Below are positions 26,140 through 38,678 of a stretch of 64,000 nt of DNA, piece after piece (the first letter of the stretch is position 1; every line of letters starts with the position of its first letter). The DNA is taken from NCBI RefSeq assembly GCF_018350175.1, contig NC_058368.1, forward strand, positions 95,730,001 through 95,794,000, in the 5' to 3' direction. The position numbers were made by a program, and so were the translations under genes. Source of the stretch: Felis catus (taxonomy: Eukaryota). The notes under the pieces are model-generated. The model saw nothing but the letters and a program-made list of their open reading frames with translations, was not told where the DNA came from and did no database searches.

Positions 26140-26365
26140 GGTGCACCTGAGGGGCTCAGTCGGTTAAGCATCCAACTTCGGCTCAGGTCATTGATTTCTC
26201 AGTTCATGAGTTCGAGCCCCATGTTGGGCTCCGTGCTGACAGCTCAGAGCCTGGACCCCGCTTCGGATTCTGTGTCTCCCTCGCTGCCCCTCCCCTGTTT
26301 ACGCTTTGTCTCTATCTCAAAAAGAAACGAAACATTAAAACAATGAAAAAAGAAAAGAAAGGAAA
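26140..26365 (+). mobile_element. CanSINE
   Basis: GGTGCACCTGAGGGGCTCAGTCGGTTAAGC head, A-rich tail. Confidence 0.92.
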
Positions 26366-26919
26366 ATTGTGTCACATTGGATGCGAAGGCAAGCCTTAGA
26401 TTACAAAGCAGTCAGCCCTCTTCAGCCTAACAATCTGAGTATCGTCATGGGTGACAGTGGAGCTGGCAGCATCCAGGAGCGCTGCCTGGCTGGGGTTCCA
26501 TGGGACCATTGCACGTGGTAGGCATATCTTTGTTATCTGCACCCTTGATCCCAGCGGGGTTGTCGCCATGCACACTGCTGCTTTGCCCTGTTATGGGGAG
26601 TATGTTGGTTTTCTCTCTGTCTTACTTCAAGCCTGAACTGACCCCCTCCTCCCTCACAGGTGAGCGCCCTGTTATAAAACCTGCCATTTTCTCTTGCCAG
26701 ACCCCACACGGCAGCATCTAAGGGACTAAACAGAGGCACCAGGTTTTCCTTTACATTTCTCTTCATGGACGATGGTCGATGGTAAAAGCAGGCTCACATC
26801 TAGGCTGTGCTTTGCGTTCTGGGTACATAGGTCCGGCACCCGTTGAATATAAGTGACCCTGAAGCCAGGCCAACTGTGTTTTGCGCAGAGGTTACTTTGT
26901 GGGCTCTGCAGTTAGTTAC

Positions 26920-27115
26920 ACCATCTGGCTCAGCCCCTAACACACTGTGACTCTGGGAGCAAATTACTTCATCACTTTAAGCCTCAGTGCCCTCCTCTCT
27001 AAAATGGGCATCATAATAGTAACTGCGTCAAAAGTTTGTTGTGAGGTTTCCCTGAGTCGTTGGCATTTAGTGGTCTTGCCACATGGTCTGTATTCAGTAC
27101 GTGTTAATTATCATT
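26920..27115 (+). mobile_element. MIR
   Basis: GCAAATTACTTCATCACTTTAAGCCTCAGT...CTAAAATGGGCATCATAATAGTA...GTTGTGAGG is the MIR core. Confidence 0.8.
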
Positions 27116-27499
27116 TGTTTGAAGGCTTGGGGATACTAGCAGGGTGCATGGTGTGGTATTGACTGTATTCATGTTTGCACTACTTGGTTAGTCATTTATT
27201 CATCGCGACTAAATCACCAGAACGCATGCACACTATGCAGCTCTAATAGTGACAAATGAACTAGGAACGCTTTAACTCAGCAGAGAGAGGAATGGCCGGG
27301 AATAAATGACGTTGTGCAATTAAGACAACAAATTCCATGCAACTACGTTCCTGGAAAAAAAAAAAAGAAAGAAAAGAAAGAAACAACAAAAAAAAAAACC
27401 CTCAAAAGCCTAATCATTTTGATGATTTTTTAATAGCAATGTGAAGTTCTGCATTTATCGCCTGATAGAACTCCTGAAATGCATTGTGTTGATCCAAGG

Positions 27500-27880
27500 G
27501 AGGCTAGGTTTCTGAATAGGACACTATAAACGTGATTTCCACAGATTGAAAACAAGATGTGACAAGCGGTTTGACACCGGCCCTGCACTAATTTCCGCTA
27601 TTTGTAAAGAGGCACATCTGAATGGAAATAGCTCTGCAGAACGGATCGGTATGGTTGGGGCCGTGTCAGTCCCCACATAAAACCGCGGTACCGGGGAAAA
27701 TAAGTAGCCATTGATTTCCTGTGAAAGACCCCCCCCCCCCCCCGAATCTGGGGAAAGCAGCCAGTATGGGACGCCAGCTGCTCTCTGCTGGGAATCCTTT
27801 GTGGAGGGGTATGAGGGGCAGGAGAAGGCGAGAGAAAGCTGGTGGGTATAAAAGGGGGGGTGGGGAACCGCACACCAGAT
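27500..27880 (+). promoter_or_regulatory. Candidate RNA polymerase II TATA promoter
   Basis: TATAAAAG at 27847-27854 in a G-rich context; CA initiator-like dinucleotide with the A at 27877, 30 nt downstream; local CpG enrichment; repeat-free block. Confidence 0.5.
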
Positions 27881-28084
27881 CTCAGGCTAGAGGAGGTGGT
27901 CGTGATTGGCCCAGCCGTGCTTCGTTCCTCAAACTAAGCCTGCTTCTTTCTCAGAAAGTGGAGGGGGGGGGGGGGGGGGAGGAGGAAAGCTTCAAGGAGC
28001 CCTACCTCTATTTATGCAACACGTTGGGAACAGTTCCAATGGGAATTTCTCATGCTCTTTCACGTTCTCTGAATCCTGTTGGTG
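27877..28084 (+). other. Candidate first exon of an unidentified transcript
   Basis: Follows the TATA box and ends at a good donor GTG|GTGAGT (intron from 28085); ATGs at 28014 and 28039 both stay open to the donor. Confidence 0.35.
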
Positions 28085-29362
28085 GTGAGTTCTTGTTTTC
28101 TTTAAACTGCGCTGATCTAATAAGGATTTGCCTCAAAACCGGAACAAATGCCCAGTGTGATTGCAAGCCCTCATTTACATAATTGCATTATGACAGCAAT
28201 TTTAGGAGGATGGTAAACGAGGAATATGTTGATGTTTGCTCGCTGTCCTGCAAAAACACAACGCAACACAACAAAACAAAAAACACAACAACACACACAC
28301 ACACGCAAAAAACCCAAGAAACCTCCCAGATTAATTTCTGAGTGCTTCCGTGACAATTTCGCTGAGTGGATTAGACAAAAAAAAATCTCTTTCAAGACTG
28401 AGCCCTGGGCAATCATTCTTTGTTTCCAGATCAGACACTGCAAGCAGCTTCTTTACAGTGAAATCAAGTATTCATCAAGGTGTTCCAAGAAAGCACTGAA
28501 CAGTATGTTTTAGGTGTCCTCGGAAGTTTGAAATATTTGGCAGTGTTTCTCCTCAATGAGTGTTAGCTGTGATCCCTGCTACAGGGACAAGTTGGCCATC
28601 ATTTAAAAGCATTTTTTTTTTTTTCCAAAGGAGTTGGGTCACCTGCCTAGAGAGTCAATAGGGAAATATGGATTATTCCAGGGGATAAAATTGTCCTATG
28701 GTATAAACAGCAAGCCACTAGAGAAAAATGGATTTTTCAAAATAAAAACAAGACCTCTTAGCCAAGAATATCTGCCTGCTGCTGTATTGTGCTCTATTTC
28801 TATTTTTAGGGGTATGCAAATGACTACATTGAAGGAAGTTGTTTGTCAGTAGCTTGAACACAGAATTTGTTAGACAAAGGGATGCATTTCAAGCAGTTTT
28901 GATGTGATAGCATAAATACATTTATTTGTATATTACTGATCATGAGTGTTATTTCTGTTGAAATATGTGGGCCCAAATTAAAAATTTTACTCAAAACATG
29001 AAAAGTTTGTCAAGCAACTTACTAGTATCAACACATTCCCAAGAAAGTAGGTAATGGACAAAGCTTTTAGGACTCAGAATCAGTCAGCCATCCATGTCTA
29101 GCATGTTAATGATAAATGATTGATTTGTTTTCTTTAAGAGACCTGTCACATCTCTATGTGGCAGCCGTTTTATTGTATATTGACCACATAGTAAGGCCAT
29201 TTCACTAAAAATACTCTGTAATTTAAGTGTTCCACTAAGTCATTTTGGTTTTCTTACTAAATCATGCAACTAAGCGAAATTTCTGTGTCGAAATACCATG
29301 GTGACTTTATTTTTTTCTTTTTAAATTTTATTTAATGTTTTGAATGTTTATATATTTTTTAA

Positions 29363-29585
29363 CATTTTTTTAAATTTTTTTTAACGTTTATTTATTTTTG
29401 AGATAGAGAGAGACGGAGCATGAACGGGGGAGGGGCAGAGAGAGAGGGAGACACAGAATCAGAGGCAGGCTCCAGGCTCTGAGCCATCAGCCCAGAGCCC
29501 GACGCGGGGCTCGAACTCACGGACCGCGAGATCGTGACCTGAGCTGAAGTCGGACGCTTAACTGACTGGGCCACCCAGGCGCCCC
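29363..29585 (-). mobile_element. Young felid CanSINE (SINEC_Fc-like)
   Basis: Near-consensus, CpG-rich; TSD TATATTTTTTAA. Confidence 0.95.
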
Positions 29586-29589
29586 TTTA

Positions 29590-29776
29590 TATTTTTTAAA
29601 TGTTTATTTTTGACAGACAGGAGGGACAGAGAGAGAGGGAGACACAGAATCCGAAGCAGGCTCCAGGCTCCGAGCTGTCAGCACAGAGCCCAACATGGGG
29701 CTTGAACCCACGAACCATGAGATCATGACCTGAGTTGAAGTTGGACACTTAACTGACTGAGCCCCCCAGTGTGCCT
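29590..29776 (-). mobile_element. CanSINE
   Basis: SINE body; TSD AATTTTATTTAA. Confidence 0.92.
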
Positions 29777-30452
29777 TAATTTTATTTAAGTACAAGTTAG
29801 TTAACATATAGTGTAATAATGGTTTCAGGAGTAGAATTTAGTGATTCATCACTTACGCATAACACCCAGTGCTCATCCCAAGTGTCCTTCTTAATACCCA
29901 TCACCAATCTAGCCCATTCCCTCTACCCTGCTCCACTCCAGCAACCCTCAGTTTATTCCCCGTCTCTAAGAGTTTCTTATGGTTTGCCTCCCTCTCTGTT
30001 TTTACCTTCTTTTTCCTTCCCTTCCCCTATGTTCATTTGTGTTGCTTCCTCAGTTCCACATGAGTGAAATCACATGAAATACCATGGTCACTTGCACATG
30101 TTTTCTCTTTTTATTCCATGTGGCTAGTACCCTTCTTTCTACAACTCCCTTAGTACTGAGACCAGACATGCCTTCAGGTGGAGCTTAGGCTTGTCGTCTA
30201 TCACTGGTCTTGCGGAGACATAGCTAAGTCCGCTGCATTATTGATAATGAAGGGAAACATTGATTGCCCTATGTGGTGTGAATAAATACAGCCTGCTCAT
30301 AGGTCTTGTGTCCAGAATGCAGATATTAACAAAACAAGCAGGCTTCAGAGATACGGTGGTTGCTTTAAATCCTGGAGAACACAGGGTTTGGTCTATAACC
30401 AAAGACCCCTTCTAAACAAATTGTCTTTCAGTCTTTAGATAAAATTAACTCA

Positions 30453-30663
30453 GGGGCACCTCAGTGGCTCAGCCGATTGAGCGTCCGTCTGACTTTGGCT
30501 CAGGTCATGATCTCACGGTCTGTGAGTTCAAGCCCCACGTCCGGCTCTGTGCTGACAGCTCGGAGCCTGGAGCCTGCTTCGGATTCTGTGTCTCCCTCTG
30601 TCTCTGCTCCTCCCCTGCTCACACTCTGTCTCTCTCTCAAAAATAAATAAAGATGAAAAAAAA
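30453..30663 (+). mobile_element. CanSINE
   Basis: TSD AAAATTAACTC. Confidence 0.93.
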
Positions 30664-31307
30664 TTAACTCACCATTTTATAGTTTTTGAAACAGCAGGAT
30701 AGGGACGGGTGCAGCAGTTTAAGGATATATTTTATTGTCTTCAAACATGGATGGTTTCTTTTGGGAAATAGGCTGTTGCCCCTTAAAGGTCTCTTGAAAT
30801 TGATTTCCATACTCTGGATTTTTTAAACTCTGGTACTCTGTTGTGTTTTCAGCAGTTATTCTAGGATGTATGTGGATGCTGGTGGTTCCTGAGGCCTTTT
30901 GAATGTGTGAAGTAAGGTCCAATCATGAGTTAGAGAGAGTTTTAGAAAGTTCTCAGCCACTGTTTCCTGATGGGGAACTTCTCCATTATTTCTCCTTCAT
31001 TTTTCCACAAGTTACATATATTTAAAACTTTGTCACTATTACGCTGTAAGTATTTCATTTTTTTCTTTGGCAGTTTCCAGTGTCCTGTTCTTCATTCATT
31101 ATGCTAGATAGTTTCTTCTAACTAATTTTTCAGTGTGCTAATTCTCTCTTCAACTGTGCTTAATCAACTATTAAACTCCTCTCCTGAATTCTTAATTTAG
31201 GCTCTTGCATTTATTTTTAGTGTATCATTGGATGGTTGTTTTTTACCAAAGCATTTGCATGAGTGTCTCTTGTCTTTTTGCATAGAGAAGCTATTTTAAA
31301 GTCTGTC

Positions 31308-31503
31308 AGGGGCACCTGGGTGACTCAGTTGGTTAAGCATTTGACTTTGAATCAGGTCATGATCTCTTAGTTTACAAGTTTAAGCCCCGCATCTGGCTCC
31401 AAGCTGACAGCTCAGAGCCTGGAGTCTGTTTTGGATTCTGCATCTCCCTCTCTATTTGCCCCTACCTCACTAGTACTCTGTTTCAAAAATAAATAAAAAC
31501 ATT
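31308..31503 (+). mobile_element. CanSINE
   Basis: GGGGCACCTGGGTGACTCAG head, AATAAA tail. Confidence 0.92.
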
Positions 31504-31822
31504 AATTTTTTTTTAAGTTAAGCCTGTAAGACAATTCCTATAATTATATTCCCATATGGGACTGTTTATATGGTCTCCTATTTTTGCTGGCTTTATTTTT
31601 CAAAGTTGGTGATATCACTCTGTGCCAGATACTTTATTTTCAAAATTGTTGGTAGAAATAATTTAAAGCTCAGGACAGTATTATCTTCCACTGTAAATAA
31701 TGTCTGTTTGCTCCATTTAACTGGGAATCCTAGTATGCTGGAATTACTTAATTAAAATTTAGGAATTGAAATTATTTGACCTGAGCTGTAGTGCTTACAA
31801 ATACCTGTCTACATTTGGTTAT

Positions 31823-31850
31823 TTTTTTGTAAAGTTTATTTATTTATTTT

Positions 31851-31883
<33 letters not shown>

Positions 31884-31904
31884 CGCAACAGCAAGCAGGG
31901 GAGG

Positions 31905-31942
<38 letters not shown>

Positions 31943-32066
31943 CAAGCAGGCTTTGAGATGTCAGCACAGAGCCTGATGTGGCACTCAATCTCATGAACGA
32001 TGAGATCATGATCTGAGCCAAAATCAAGAGTCAGACACTTAACCGACTGAGCCACCCAGGTGTCCC
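31823..32066 (-). mobile_element. CanSINE
   Basis: TSD TACATTTGGTT; (GA)n tracts. Confidence 0.93.
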
Positions 32067-32789
32067 TTACATTTGGTTGTTCTTTAATTATAGGGACAAC
32101 CCTGGTGGTCTCCCACCTAAAGAGAAGAAGTTTTAGTAGCCCCTCATCTCTCACAGGCCCTAGACTCAAATGTCTTTCCTCTTGGTCTTGTACAGCCGTG
32201 ATTGAAAAGTGACATCTAGACTCTCCGTATCTCAGAAGCAGGGGCAAGAGTGACCTTGAAAGCATGGCTCATGTTCTTCAGCTGGAAGCTTTCCTAGTTC
32301 TGGGCCAGTCATTCTTTGCAAACTTGGTAGTTTTCTGAAGCTGTAAATAAAGTGGTTTCAGTTGTGCCCAACTTTTATAGTTATGCTTAGTGAGAAGCTC
32401 ATCCCAGTTTCCTAGTCTACTATTAACAGCAGATGTAATACCAAGTTGAACCAAATCTTCATTGGTCATGAGAACTTTGTGCACTGTAAGACCACTCCCC
32501 ATTTTATGAACCAAATACACTATATATATTCACTCAATATTAGTGTGCAACCCTTTTAAAAATAGTGTCTCAACTTACTCAATGTTCTTTGAAATTTTTA
32601 ACGCTGATAGGTTCTGTATACCTCTATTTTTATTATTTCTTCTCGTTTCTGGCTGCTTCTCCTTAGAATCGCTGTTTTGACTATCTGGGTTTTGTTATAT
32701 CCACCTTCAGGTGAGCCAAACTGCTCGCCGTAAGTTGAATGTTGTCAGAGCCACCAAGCTCTGTAAACTTTGCATGGGCGTGGGTACGT

Positions 32790-33910
32790 ACCATCAGGAA
32801 ATAAAAATAAAAGAGGAACTTAATGAAATATAAACCAGTAATGAAATAGGTTCAACATAGCAGAAGCTGGTTATTTAAAAAGCTAATAAAACAGACATAG
32901 CTCCAGAAAGATGACTCAAAGAGAAAAAGGATTCATATGTAAAAAAATGAGAAATTAGTAGGTAAAGAGGATGCAGAAGTTACAAAGAAAAGAAAAAGTG
33001 GAAGTTATGAATGCTTTCATGAAAATTTGTAGGTCAATAAATTTGAAAACATGGATGAAACGCATACATTCCTAGAAGAACATAACATTTTATCAACGCT
33101 GATTCCCACCCCCCCAAAAAAAGGAAATTCCATATGCATCATTTAAAACTTCCAATAAAGCAACAAAGAATGTAAAGATCTTAAAAACAAGTTATTACTA
33201 ATTCTTCCAAAAGTATAAATGGAGTGAATACCCCAGGTGCATTCTATGTTGCCAGTATAATCTCGATGCCCAAAATGTAATTCTGACACGTATTGGTGAG
33301 GATGCGGAGAAATGGAGACTATTTACACTGGTTATTGGAAGTATACATTAATGCGTTCATTTCACACAAGTCGTGCAATTACATGCTCAGCTATATATTT
33401 TATGTAGAGCTTCTTCAAATCCCCTTGTGAGTTTTACATTGTGACCATGTACACACACATGCATGGAGAGAAGAAGCAAGGAAACAATCATTACTCATAT
33501 TGCCTCTACTGCTTGAATGTTTTTTCAGCCTCTACTGTTTGCATAAGACTTTGGTTATGTAGTAATCATTTGATTTCTTACTCCATTAATAGTTCTCCAA
33601 TCTCAGTTCACATAGCTCTACACTAGAGAAACTTTTAGTAAAGAACACTACAGTCAGAAGCTACTGGTAACACCGTTCATCAAAGTGGCAAAACTAAGCA
33701 AAATACTCCACATGTCTATAATCAGATGCATAAATAAATGCTAGGTATCTATACAATGGAATATTATAAATAAAAATGATATCAATACCATTGCATCAAT
33801 AAGAATAAATCTTAAAGTAGAATATTGAGCTATAAAAACAAGCTATAAGAGAACACATTTTTATGATTCCATTAATAGCAAGGGGTAAACCAACTAAATT
33901 AGGCAATAAA
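32790..33910 (+). mobile_element. Old L1 ORF2/3' remnants
   Basis: AAATTTGAAAACATGGATGAAACGCATACATTCCTAGAA; ATTCTATGTTGCCAGTATAATCTCGATGCC; TGGTGAGGATGCGGAGAAATGG. Confidence 0.65.
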
Positions 33911-34224
33911 TTGTGTTTGAAGCTTCGATGACTTCACTGAAAATACCTTCTCCCTTTACTTACAGGTTTGAGATTTCAAAAAATCCAAACACAGAATCTG
34001 GCACTGCAGGTGGTTGAATTATATTATAAATTGAGTTCACATCCTTGCACTATCTCTTATGTTAAAGTTAGGGAAATGTAAGAAAGAGAGGGACCCCAGA
34101 AACTGGGTGCGTATGTCTCAACAGATTGCATGAAGGTGAGGCCGTTAATTTACTTACGGAGATCTTTATTTAGTACCTTGATGTTGATTTAACTGACCCT
34201 CTCATGTATTTCTTTACTTAAAAA

Positions 34225-34430
34225 ATTTTTTTGATGGTTATTTATTCAGAGAGAGAGAGTGCAAGAAGGGGAGGGCAGAGAGAGAGAGAGGGAGACACAG
34301 AGTCTGAAGCAGGCTCCAGGCTCTGAGCTGTCATCACAGAGCCTGACACAGGGCTTGAACTCATGAACTGTGAGATCATGACCTGAGCTGAAGTCAGACA
34401 ATTAACCAGCTGAGCCACCTAGGTGCCCCC
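34225..34430 (-). mobile_element. CanSINE
   Basis: TSD CCCTCTCATG(T/G)ATTTCTT. Confidence 0.94.
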
Positions 34431-36009
34431 TCTCATGGATTTCTTATGAAGACATAATCAGTTTAAGATAATTGAGAAAATAAAAGAATATAATCCTATG
34501 GTAATGAAAACAAAAAGGACCACATAATTTTGAAATAGGAAATATGAAGTTTGAAATAAAATTGACACAAGATCACATTGTCAACATTATGTCTTCATGA
34601 GTCAACCATAGACAAGTCAACTAGTGTTTAACTTACACACTAGGCTCCATCAATACCAGCATCACACCAATCTTTCTTTTTGTTTGACAAATATTTAAAG
34701 ACCTACCGACTGTGTGCTACATAATGTATTATGAACTCCATCACAAGCCTTGTATTATTTCAAAATAATTACAAATAACTTTTTGATTATAGAAACAATA
34801 TGTCTTCATTAAATCTGAAATTATATTTTCATCGTTTTCCTCTGATGAACTTATTCACCAATGTGTAGCTAATTTGCTTGCTAAAAATGTGTGCAGACAT
34901 TGGCTATCTCCTTCTCTTCCCTGTTATTTATGAATCCCTGCCTTCAGTCTTCTCATAATTGCTTGCAGACATCTTGTAGCCATGTTTTTATTGTAAATCA
35001 CTTCACAATAGTTTTGGAGGAGGGGAGGGGAGGGTATAATGAAGTTACAATTAAACTATTATTTAATGATTGTTATTAACATCAAATAACACTTGCGTAA
35101 ATAGTAGACCTCTTGACCTCTTGGAAGGTTTTAATGAAAGCTTCATTGAATATCAAAACGAATCAGGATTAAAGAAATAAATAATAAAATGAAAACGAAG
35201 CCTTATTAAGACCAATAAAGTTAAGTGCTCCTGTGTGTTGACGAGTCCCTACAGCAATTTATGCAATGTAGAAAAGAATATCTCAGGTTGAAAAGGAAGC
35301 CTTTCTTGGGGATACATTAGAGGTTAGAAAAGAAACTGTGAAAACAGTATTTAGAATATATGGTATCCCCTTAGACACACTTGAGCCATTTATGTATATT
35401 TCACATGTATATTTCTGAAAGTAGACTGTGATGCCTTGCTTAATTTAACTGTATGGGTGAATATTAAAGTCAAGGTCTAAAGGAGTTAGGTTCAGCCCAG
35501 TTACAAGGTGACCAACTTCCTGTCATGGAAAAGGGTTATCTGGACATAGCCACATAAACTGTAAGTGTCATTGTTTCAAAGAAACCAAATAAAAATAAAT
35601 TGTACATAAATGTTGACGATGTCGTGCTCATCTCTGTGCTTAACCTTCGCAGTTCAGAGGAAAATCGGATATTCTGATTTACCACTGTAGAAGAAATATA
35701 TAAAATAATCATCAGGTAAAACAAAAACCTTAGAGAATCCCACAAAAAATTGATTCTTTTCACTCCTTTGTCAGATACCACTTTGAAATATGATCCCCTG
35801 GTAGAATATTGATAGATTGTTTCTCTAGTCATGTGGTCCTTGAGGACAATAATAACCTGGAGTCCTAAGAAGTAAAGAGTAGGTTAAAGTTTTTGTGCCT
35901 TTTATTTCTCTGCTCAAGAATACTTAATAGGTTTCTTCAATACCTTTCTCATTAATGGAGAATGCCATCCTCTTCTGATCTTGTATTGTCCCTCTGATAA
36001 TATATCGAA

Positions 36010-36155
36010 TGTGTATCCTTATTATTTCTATGTTTTCTGTCACCATATACATCAGGGTCTAATTATAAATTTTAGGGAACTTATATCGCAGTTGTATATT
36101 CAGTGCCCCTTATAGTGCTTAGTATAAGATGGGTTTTCAATAAATACCTGTTTAA
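36010..36155 (+). mobile_element. L2 3' end fragment
   Basis: ATAGTGCTTAGTATAAGATGGGTTTTCAATAAATACCTGTT. Confidence 0.55.
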
Positions 36156-36158
36156 CAT

Positions 36159-36368
36159 AAGGGTTGGCAAACATTTTCTGTAAAGGCCACTTTTAAATAT
36201 TTTAGGTGTTGCATGGTCTCTGTCATAATTACTCACCTCTGCCTTTGCGTTCAGAAAGCAGCCAAAGACAATACATCAACAATTGGCAGTGGCTGTGTTC
36301 TAATAAAACTTTATTTACACATATAGAAGGTGGGCCAGAGTAGCCCATGAACTGTAGTTTGCCAACTG
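36159..36368. mobile_element. MER58A-like hAT-Charlie relic
   Basis: TIR-like GGGTTGGCAAAC...GTTTGCCAAC; internal GGCTGTGTTCTAATAAAACTTTATTTAC. Confidence 0.85.
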
Positions 36369-36475
36369 TAGTTTAATGGATGTTTGAATTAACTACTTGC
36401 TTCTAATGAAAAAAATACCACCCTAACTTTGACAAAGAGAGATCATGTTAGTATTATTTAAAAAGATAATTTACA

Positions 36476-36692
36476 GGGGTGCCTGGGTGGCTCAGTTGGT
36501 TGAGTGTCTGACTTTGGCTCAGGTTGTGATCTTGCGGTTTGTGAATCCGAGCCCCGTGTCGGGCTCTATGCTGAAGGCTCAGAGCCTGGAGCCTGCTTCG
36601 GATTCTGTGTCCCCTTCTCTTTCTGCCCATCCCCTGCTTGTGTTGTGTCTCTCTCTGTCTCTCAAAAATAAATAAATAAGCGTAAAAAAATT
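36476..36692 (+). mobile_element. CanSINE
   Basis: GGGGTGCCTGGGTGGCTCAG head, A tail. Confidence 0.94.
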
Positions 36693-38018
36693 TTACAAAG
36701 GTCATTTATAGATACTTGGGGTTTAATTAAGGAAAATATGATGACAGGTGGTCATAGGAAAATGTCAGTGTTTTCTGGAATAATGTCCTCAAAATCCAGT
36801 GAAGTATATTTTGCTTACTCAGTTTCCCAAATCAGTGATAAATAGAAATTGAGCAAATCAAGAGCTTTAAATGATTGAAACATCAGTTTCTTGAGAAGAG
36901 AGAGGTTTTTTTTTCCTATTCGGGCTCAAAAGAAACACACACACACACACACACACATCATGGTCTAAAACTGGTGGAGAATGAAGAGATTTAACAATGA
37001 GAGAACCAGAAATTATTTTAAACATGTTTTTTATTGTGTTGATTTGTGGCCTACTTTTTTTAGAACTGCTCATTGAGAAGATTGCTCAATTATGTCAAAT
37101 ATGCTGAGAAGACTTGCTTCTGTAACATTCCAGAATACAGCCTACAGCATCCATGGTGAATACAATAGCCAATTATCCCCATCCATCACATTCTTGGCAG
37201 TAATGGAATTTTAACAGGTTTCAAAGGCCAAACATTCTCTTGTAAGTGTTTTACTTGGGCGTGAACATGCCCAATTTTAAAAGGGCTTTGGTCAGATCGC
37301 CCACGTTTTAGCAGAATATCTTGCATGCGTACTTTGGAGAAGAACTATGGATGACCCTATTTGGAGTGATAAGCTCTAGCGACAAACAAAGTAGATGTTC
37401 TTATCTCATATCCCATTACTAACAGCAGATTATATATTATATAAAACACGGTTTAAATGGCAGTGTGACAATCCCTTGAGATGTTGTGCAGAAACGTCAC
37501 ATCAGAAAGCGTCTAACCTTGATACATGTAGTTTTCTTATTTCCTGGGGTTGATAGAAGTAGATGAGAAATCTGGTCACTGACAGCAGAAGAGCGCCATC
37601 TTTGATAAAATAGCTTCAAAGGGCAAAATGACCTTTGTGCTTTTTGCCGTAAAGAGAGATTGCTAGAGCTTTCTCAGTTTGACATAAACTGTTGACTCAA
37701 GAATTATTTGGCTGGATAGTCTGTATACATCTGGGTAGATAGACTTGCATGGACTTTTATGCAGTGGGCACTTGACCTCCTTTCACTTTCAAATTTGTAT
37801 CAGTGACCACTGAGATAACTTTAGGGCGTTAAGGGTGTAGATGCTGCAGGACAGAAGAAAAATGCAGATAACCAAGAGATGAGAGCTAAAAGTCCAACTT
37901 AAAAGAAGTTGAAGCAGATACAAAACAGAATCCTTTTATTCATTGTGTTAGAGCTGACCAAAGGTGGGACTCTAAAACACGTGGGTCTGGGAAGCTTGTA
38001 TCATTCTGTCTGGGCGGG

Positions 38019-38059
<41 letters not shown>
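38019..38059. repeat. (GT)n microsatellite
   Basis: Visible GT array. Confidence 0.95.
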
Positions 38060-38060
<1 letters not shown>

Positions 38061-38465
38061 ATGGCCCAGAGGAGTAAAATTCTCCAGATATGCCTCCCTA
38101 AGCCAAATATTCTCAAAAGTTGACCTCTCCAAACTCAACAGCCTCGGAAGAACTGTTCATCTCAAAAATGCCTAAGTGCACAGATTATGGGAAACCGAGA
38201 GTTTTAGTTTTAGTTTTGCTATTTTACATTATGTAAATCCTTCAGTACTTTGACGAATACAATATTAGATTGATCATGAGAATTACAAGATACTTAGGTT
38301 ATGATCTACCACTTTTATAATGAATATGGGATTAAATTTACAACCAGTGTCATGATTAACATATATGCCAACAATAACCTTGATTTGTCTGGAAATATTT
38401 TTATAATCATGTTATAATCAATATTACAGAAATTTCGTGGATTCATTTTCAAATTTTCGAATTTA

Positions 38466-38678
38466 GGGGGCACCTGGTTGTCTCAGTTGGTTAAGGGTTA
38501 AGCGGGTAAGCGTCCGACTTCAGCTCAGGTCATAATCTCCTGGTTCAAGCCCCGAGTCAGGCTCTGTGCTCACGCAGAGCCTGGAGCCTGTTTCAGATTC
38601 CGTGTCTCCCTCTCTCTCTGCCCCTCCCCCACTCAAGCTCTGTCTCTCTCTGTCTCTCTCAAAAATAAATAAACGTTA
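38466..38678 (+). mobile_element. CanSINE
   Basis: TSD AATTTT(C/T)GAATTTA. Confidence 0.93.

Larger units (their letters stand above)
29308..30075 (-). mobile_element. 5'-truncated carnivore L1 3' end (body about 29778-30075) whose tail hosts two nested SINEs
   Basis: GGTTTCAGGAGTAGAATTTAGTGATTCATCACTTACGCATAACACCCAGTGCTCATC is a carnivore L1 3' UTR; TSD GAAATACCATGGT(G/C)ACTT at 29290-29307 and 30076-30093. Confidence 0.88.
30715..32420 (-). mobile_element. Old L1 5'/ORF1-region remnant interrupted by SINEs
   Basis: Degenerate T-rich L1-like sequence such as TTCTCAGCCACTGTTTC and AATTCTCTCTTCAACTGTG. Confidence 0.45.
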
